Shown here one piece after another: positions 58,572-64,000 of a stretch of DNA of 64,000 nucleotides (the first letter of the stretch is position 1; the number at the start of each line of letters is the position of its first letter). The DNA comes from an uncultured Methanosarcinaceae archaeon (GTDB lineage Archaea > Halobacteriota > Methanosarcinia > Methanosarcinales > Methanosarcinaceae), in the NCBI GenBank assembly GCA_963733675.1, contig CAVTET010000005.1:64001-128000 (forward strand), in the 5' to 3' direction. The notes under the pieces were generated by a model. The model saw only the letters and a list, made by a program, of their open reading frames with translations, did no database searches and was not told where the DNA came from. Position numbers and translations under genes: made by a program.

Positions 58572-60986
58572 TCACTGCCTGCCAAGTTTCTTTTCCGTTT
58601 CCAGGACCGTAAGAGTGATCTTCATAACCGAATCAGGATTGAGTGAAATGGAATCTATCCCCAGTTTTACAAGAAACTCCGCAATTTCAGGAAAGTCACT
58701 CGGAGCTTGTCCACAGATTCCACTGTGTCTTCCATTTCGTTTTGCTCCCTGCACAGCCATTGACATTATTTTCATAATTCCAGGATCTCGCTCATCGAAT
58801 TCTGCAGCAAGAAGTTCGGAGTCTCTATCAACGCCAAGGGTCAGCTGAGTCAGGTCATTTGAGCCTATGGAAAAGCCATCGAAGAATTCGCTGAATTCGT
58901 CGATAAGAAGAACGTTATTTGGAATTTCACACATAACATAGACCTGTAGCCCATTTTCTCCTCTCTTTAACCCATTTTTATCCATCTCAGCAATTACTTT
59001 TCGCGCTTCTTCCAAGGTTCTACAGAAGGGAACCATAAGAATGAGATTTCGAAGCCCCATTTCATTCCTGACCTTTTTCATAGCTCTACACTCAAGGGCA
59101 AAACCTTCTCTATAACGCTCATCAAAATAGCGAGAAGCTCCCCTGAAACCTATCATGGGATTATTTTCCACCATTTCAAAATAGATGCCCCCAAGAAGGC
59201 TTGCATACTCATTAGTTTTGAAATCACTCATGCGGACTACAACTGGTTTCGGATAAAAAGCCGCAACAATAGTCCCAACTCCTTGGGCAAGACGTTCAAC
59301 AAAATATTCCTCTTTATCATAACCTCTTGTAAGCTGTTCGATTTCCCTAAGGACTTTAGAGTCTTTGACTCTTTCAGGGTGTATTAGAGCCATTGGATGG
59401 ATCTTAATATAACTTGTAATGATGAATTCAAGCCTCGCAAGCCCAATTCCATCGTTAGGGATCATGGAAAAAGCAAAAGCTTCTTCAGGATTTCCAAGAT
59501 TCATCATAATCTCGGTTTTTGGGCGTCTAAGATCTTTTAAACTCAGAGTATCTTTATGGAAAGGAAGAATACCATCGTACACAACACCGTCCTCTCCTTC
59601 CGCACAGCTTACTGTAATTTTTCTGCCTGTTGAAAGAACCTCTGTTGCATTGTCTGCTCCTACGATTGCAGGAATTCCTAATTCTCGGCTGACAATTGCA
59701 GCATGACAAGTCCGTCCTCCTTTGTTTGTGACAATTGCCGCTGCCGTTTTCATGACAGGCTCCCAATCAGGAGTTGTGGTGTGCGCAATCAAGATTTCTC
59801 CTGGTTTAAAAGCGGGCAGATTTGAAACATCGGGAATCAAATGAGCTTTTCCGGAAGCAATTTTATCTCCAACACTCTTACCTTTTACAAGGATTTCGGA
59901 TCGCTTTTCAAGTACATAGGTTTCTAGAATGTCTTTGCTTCTCTGGGACTGGACAGTCTCGGGTCTTGCTTGCACTATAAAAAGTTCCCCTGTTATGCCA
60001 TCTTTTGCCCACTCAATATCCATTGGCTTGGGTTCTATATACTTTCCAGAGTAATGGTTTTCGATAGTTATTGCATACCTTGCAAGTTTAAGAACTTCTT
60101 CATCATCAATACAGAAACGAAGCCTATCGGCTTCCGGGACCTCCACGTTTCGGGTCAGCACTTTGGAGTCACCACGCCCGTAGATCATTTTGATTTCTTT
60201 GTCCCCTACTTTTTTCATGATAATCGATTTATACCCTTCCCTGAAAGTCGGCTTGAAGACATAGAACTCATCTGGATTGACCTGGCCCTGCACGATATTT
60301 TCTCCTAGCCCGTATGCACCTGTAATAAAAACTACGTCCTTGAACCCTGTTTCCGTATCCAAAGTGAAAATAACACCGCTTGAAGCTAGATCAGACCTGA
60401 CCATCTTCATAACCCCTATCGAGAGTCCCACTTTAAAATGATCAAAGTCGTTTGTTACGCGATAGGAAATCGCCCTGTCAGTGAAGAGTGAGGCAAAACA
60501 GCGCGAACAGGCATCCCTCAGACCGGGGTAACCCCTTATATTGAGGTAAGTTTCCTGCTGGCCAGCAAAAGAAGCAGTCGGAAGATCCTCAGCAGTTGCC
60601 GAACTCCGTACAGCTACATCCGTATAGTCTCCATACTGTTTGCATAATTTATCATATCCAGTTTTGATTTCTTCCCATAGATCGTCAGGAATTCCTGCTC
60701 CGAGGATCAGATCCCTTGCAATTTTCCCCCTCGTTGCAAGGTCAGCAACATTTGCAGTATCAAGCCCTCCCATCATTTTTCTGAGCTTTTCGAGAATCTC
60801 TCCGGCTTTGAGGGTGTGCCAATAAGCTTCTGCAGTAATTGCAAAGCCGTTAGGGATCTTTATTCCCTTCGAAGTAAGCTCCCTATACATTTCTCCAAGA
60901 GAAGCATTCTTTCCACCCACAAGTGGAACATCGTCAATTGTAGTGTCTTCAAACCAGCGGATGTACTTACTTTTATTCTCAGACAT
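58572..60986 (-). CDS. ppsA: Phosphoenolpyruvate synthase (pyruvate, water dikinase)
   Basis: VGGKNASLGEM, AVRSSATAED, QARPETV, GGRTCHAAIVSRE, ENNPMIGFRG, FSIGSNDLTQ, GICGQAPSD. Confidence 0.97.
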   Translation of the reverse strand: MSENKSKYIRWFEDTTIDDVPLVGGKNASLGEMYRELTSKGIKIPNGFAITAEAYWHTLKAGEILEKLRKMMGGLDTANVADLATRGKIARDLILGAGIPDDLWEEIKTGYDKLCKQYGDYTDVAVRSSATAEDLPTASFAGQQETYLNIRGYPGLRDACSRCFASLFTDRAISYRVTNDFDHFKVGLSIGVMKMVRSDLASSGVIFTLDTETGFKDVVFITGAYGLGENIVQGQVNPDEFYVFKPTFREGYKSIIMKKVGDKEIKMIYGRGDSKVLTRNVEVPEADRLRFCIDDEEVLKLARYAITIENHYSGKYIEPKPMDIEWAKDGITGELFIVQARPETVQSQRSKDILETYVLEKRSEILVKGKSVGDKIASGKAHLIPDVSNLPAFKPGEILIAHTTTPDWEPVMKTAAAIVTNKGGRTCHAAIVSRELGIPAIVGADNATEVLSTGRKITVSCAEGEDGVVYDGILPFHKDTLSLKDLRRPKTEIMMNLGNPEEAFAFSMIPNDGIGLARLEFIITSYIKIHPMALIHPERVKDSKVLREIEQLTRGYDKEEYFVERLAQGVGTIVAAFYPKPVVVRMSDFKTNEYASLLGGIYFEMVENNPMIGFRGASRYFDERYREGFALECRAMKKVRNEMGLRNLILMVPFCRTLEEARKVIAEMDKNGLKRGENGLQVYVMCEIPNNVLLIDEFSEFFDGFSIGSNDLTQLTLGVDRDSELLAAEFDERDPGIMKIMSMAVQGAKRNGRHSGICGQAPSDFPEIAEFLVKLGIDSISLNPDSVMKITLTVLETEKKLGRQ

Positions 60987-61323
60987 TTACCAGAAATCTC
61001 CTTTAAAAGTATTGTTGTGAATAAGAATTATGGCAATAAACTAAAAATTTCATACATTAGTTGGAAAGTTTCTCCTAATCAGTACAGTATAATTCTTTGA
61101 TTAAGTATGTTCCATTTGTAATGTAGGCATTAATGAGACTTATAATCTAAATAAAATTATATAAGATTAAATGAATAAAAAATTACTGTCAATGGTTTAA
61201 CACAACCAATCTCAGGACAACTTTATCCACAATGTCGAATGTACTTAATTTTCCACCCCAAATCCATGAGTCCTACTTTTATATCTTCACACTCAGATTT
61301 ATAAGGTAATTTGGAACTTGCAA

Positions 61324-61603
61324 TCATTCAGAGTTTATAACATTCTGTGGTTTCCCCTCAATGAATTTTTCTACATTTTGGACACAGATACTTGTGCATT
61401 CTTCCAGGGATTCATGCGATAGAAAAGCTATGTGTGGAGTAAGCACTACATTTTCAAATCTCATCAGCGGGCTATCTAATGGAAGCGGTTATTTATCAAA
61501 AACATCAAGATCTGCTCCACCAATCTGTTTTTCTCTAAGAGCTTTTATGAGAGCAACTTCATCGACTATCTTTCCTCTAGCTGCATTTATAAGAAAGGCA
61601 GTG
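61324..61603 (-). pseudogene. D-2-hydroxyacid dehydrogenase C-terminal fragment
   Basis: [17 protein letters not shown]...LDVFDK*PLPLDSPL...VVLTPHIAF; N-terminus missing. Confidence 0.85.
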
Positions 61604-61620
61604 GTTCAAGGACTTGAACT

Positions 61621-61970
61621 ATGAAACATGTCAGGTTAATTCTTGCCCCAGAGACTGCCGATGCATATTACAATTTTTGAACAAAGCATTAGACTCAAAA
61701 CAGAAAGAAGTAATCTTAAATGCATTTCTTCAGAAAGTGGAATTGATCAAAGAGAATGTCCATTATGGACAACCAATTGCCAAAAAACTGATTCCTGTTG
61801 AATACAAAACCAAATATGGAATCACGAACTTGTTTAGAGTGGAGCTTCCTAATTTTTGGATAATGCTTTACACGCTTACAGCAGGAAGTTCAGGTATTGA
61901 AATTATCGTATTAGTTCTTGACATAATCAATCATAAAAAATACGATAAGAAATTTGGATACAAAAAATAA
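61621..61970 (+). pseudogene. RelE/ParE-like toxin-fold protein, frameshifted near 61668
   Basis: MKHVRLILAPETADAY + QFLNKA...YGQPIAKKLIP...NLFRVELPNFWIMLYTL...VLDIINHKKYDKKFGY. Confidence 0.5.
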
Positions 61971-62085
61971 ATCAAAGTTAATAACGCTTTTTTAATGTTC
62001 TTCACGAGTTCATTTCGGTTTGAGGCGGTAATCGATCCTATACGCTATATTCCTGTATGATGCAGAACAGCTGTGTTCAGAAAAG

Positions 62086-62150
62086 GGTTCCGTTGCAAAA
62101 AATCTGGCTATTTTACAAAAGCAGTGAAAAACTTCACAGTTAGTGAGTTT
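62086..62150 (+). mobile_element. Solo IS6-type end
   Basis: GGTTCCGTTGCAAAAAATCTGGCT, nearly identical to the reverse complement of 33801..33824. Confidence 0.6.
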
Positions 62151-62189
62151 AATCAAACAAGTATCCGGAAGTTAAAAAGAAGCGATAAG

Positions 62190-63310
62190 GGAATATTTCA
62201 GTTCTCAAGATTTCAATCAAACTCGAGTTGCATCTGATACCCTCAGGATCAAAACATAGATTACAGGATATACACATTGCCTTTTTAGCCTCTCCAGACT
62301 TAAGTTTCAAAATGAGATCTGGTTCACGGATAAATGGCCTACCCATGGAAACCAAATCTGCAAATCCTCCCTTAAGCAGATTCTCCATAATAGAAAGAGA
62401 CCGAATGCCCCCTACAAGCATTACAGGGATATTTACTGTTTTTTATATTGCTTTAGAATATTCCCTAAAATATGCTTCTTCAGTAGGAGAATTAATTTCT
62501 GTTCTTACAGTTACTTCACCCGCCTCCCTGATCCCGCCGCTAACCTCGATTGAGCATATTCCAGCTTTCTCCAGAAGTTTTGCAGTCTCCACAACCTGCA
62601 AAATATTAATTCCAAGCTCTGCTTTTTGCGAGTCCGGTTGAAAACCATCCGTTGCATTCAATTTGACAAGAATCGGTAAATCAGACCCAGCTTGTTTTTT
62701 TATTTGCCTGACAATCTCTGTGACCATTCTTGTCCGATTTCCCACTGAGCCCCCCAGCCATCAGCTCTTCTATTGTATAGGGAGAAATGAAATTACTTAA
62801 AAGAAAACCGTGGGCACAATGAAGCTGTACTCCATCAAAACCTGCTTTTTTTGCTCAGATAGCTGCTTTTGTAAAAGCCGCAATTACTTCCAGTATTTCC
62901 TTTTCAGTTATTTCCTTAGGTACAACTCCCGATAGTTCATTTTTGATTTCCGAAGGAGCTAGAGAAATCGGGTATTCTTCAGAAACTACTGCCTGCCTCC
63001 CTCCATGCACTATTAATCTAAAGTATAATTTTGCTTCGTACCTGTGCACTATTTCTGTTATCTTCATGTAGGATTCAATAAAACGATCGTCATAGATCCT
63101 CTGCTGGTAAATCATACTCTGTCCACCAGGAAATACATACGAAAAACCTGTTATGATCAACCCTACGTCATTTTTTGCAAGCTCCTCATAAATGTCTCCG
63201 ATTTTGGGAGTGGGCTTTGCATCTTCTTCGGCCATGAATTCATGCGTTGCAGACTTTACAAAGTGGTTCTGAAGATTCAAATTGCAGACTGTAATAGGAT
63301 CAAAAATCAT
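62190..63310 (-). pseudogene. NADH:flavin oxidoreductase (Old Yellow Enzyme family), disrupted
   Basis: VKSATHE, GLIITG, VHGGRQ; stop before [25 protein letters not shown]; frameshifts; VGGIRS, SMGRPFIREP, CISCNLC. Confidence 0.9.
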
Positions 63311-63518
63311 GGAAAATGATAAGTTAGAGCAAGATAAATAATTAACCAAGATTCCTGGGAAAAGATAATTTTTACCCAATAATTTTTTTATAACTGGATC
63401 ATTCTTTGTATGCTTCATTCCAGTCCAAAATAATCTTCTCACGACTAAAATTTAGTTACCATTTTGATATTTGACTAAATGAAATACCTAGCTAATAGTA
63501 AGGTTCTTTATAATCTTA

Positions 63519-64000
63519 CTAGCCGATGCGGATTCCCAACGCGTAAGCTGTGATAATGCTTGGATCTGGATATAAAACGTCCTTAGATGCAGCGCTGAAA
63601 CTCTGAGCTTGTGAGGTAGAGGGTTCTAATTTCCAAAGAAAATTTCCCAACTCATTCCAATGAACTTCAGCTCCACCACCCACTAAGGCAAAGCCGGGCT
63701 TCACTAAAGCAACAGCTTCTGGATGAGTTGTTTGGTTAGAATCGGCTTTTGTGATTGCTACCGTGACTATGCCAACTGAAATATTTTTTTTGATACATAT
63801 TGCAAATACCTGAAGGTTAGAAGGGTCTGAGATACCGTGATCCTTAGAACAAGCCTTCCAAGAAAACTCTGTTATAGGGAAGGAAGCTGTTCCAAGGTTT
63901 CCAGCTCCATGCCAATCTACCCTGAACCCTCCGCCAACTAGTACAAAATTATCAGATGGAATACCAGTTTCAGCTTCAGGATGTGATGCCACTCCACTAG
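63519..64000 (-). CDS. Hypothetical protein with ~75-aa tandem beta repeats; 5' end outside the window
   Basis: Two units HPEA...F.LVGGG..V.W...GN...P.....A.SKD....DPS....A; the frame is open to the window edge. Confidence 0.7.
   Translation of the reverse strand, partial: SGVASHPEAETGIPSDNFVLVGGGFRVDWHGAGNLGTASFPITEFSWKACSKDHGISDPSNLQVFAICIKKNISVGIVTVAITKADSNQTTHPEAVALVKPGFALVGGGAEVHWNELGNFLWKLEPSTSQAQSFSAASKDVLYPDPSIITAYALGIRIG

Overview
Archaeal DNA, most likely Methanosarcina (Methanosarcinaceae), judged from the tRNA-Ser/rps13-rps4-rps11-rpoD/tRNA-Leu block, the ferredoxin-insert RpoD, protein style and long AT-rich intergenic spacers. Core genes are intact: ribosomal proteins, rpoD, hisF, thiC, a purine/MTI phosphorylase, an AksA/LeuA-type synthase, ppsA, GT3 and GT4 glycosyltransferases, a GalT-like enzyme and one dinB. 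About 17-20 accessory genes carry nonsense codons, frameshifts or truncations, including a second dinB, SRAP, ABC1 kinase, cupredoxin, ferredoxin, Kef, NRAMP, APC permease, FGE, P-type H+-ATPase, gap, gpmI and OYE. All transposases seen (IS5, IS6, IS200/IS605 tnpB) are decayed, and several MITE families are present. Points of interest: (i) small secreted proteins sharing a leader but carrying unrelated low-complexity or Cys-rich cargo; (ii) a stand-alone aegerolysin/Cry34-like gene; (iii) a tandem dinB + divergent SRAP cassette beside a terminase-small-subunit-like HTH gene; (iv) a ThyX-fold protein lacking the canonical motif; (v) an IscU variant with altered ligands; (vi) a perfect (TACATA)15 expansion inside a surface-protein domain; (vii) window-wide genome erosion. 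No CRISPR array or rRNA was seen. All family assignments come from motif recognition by eye, not database searches.
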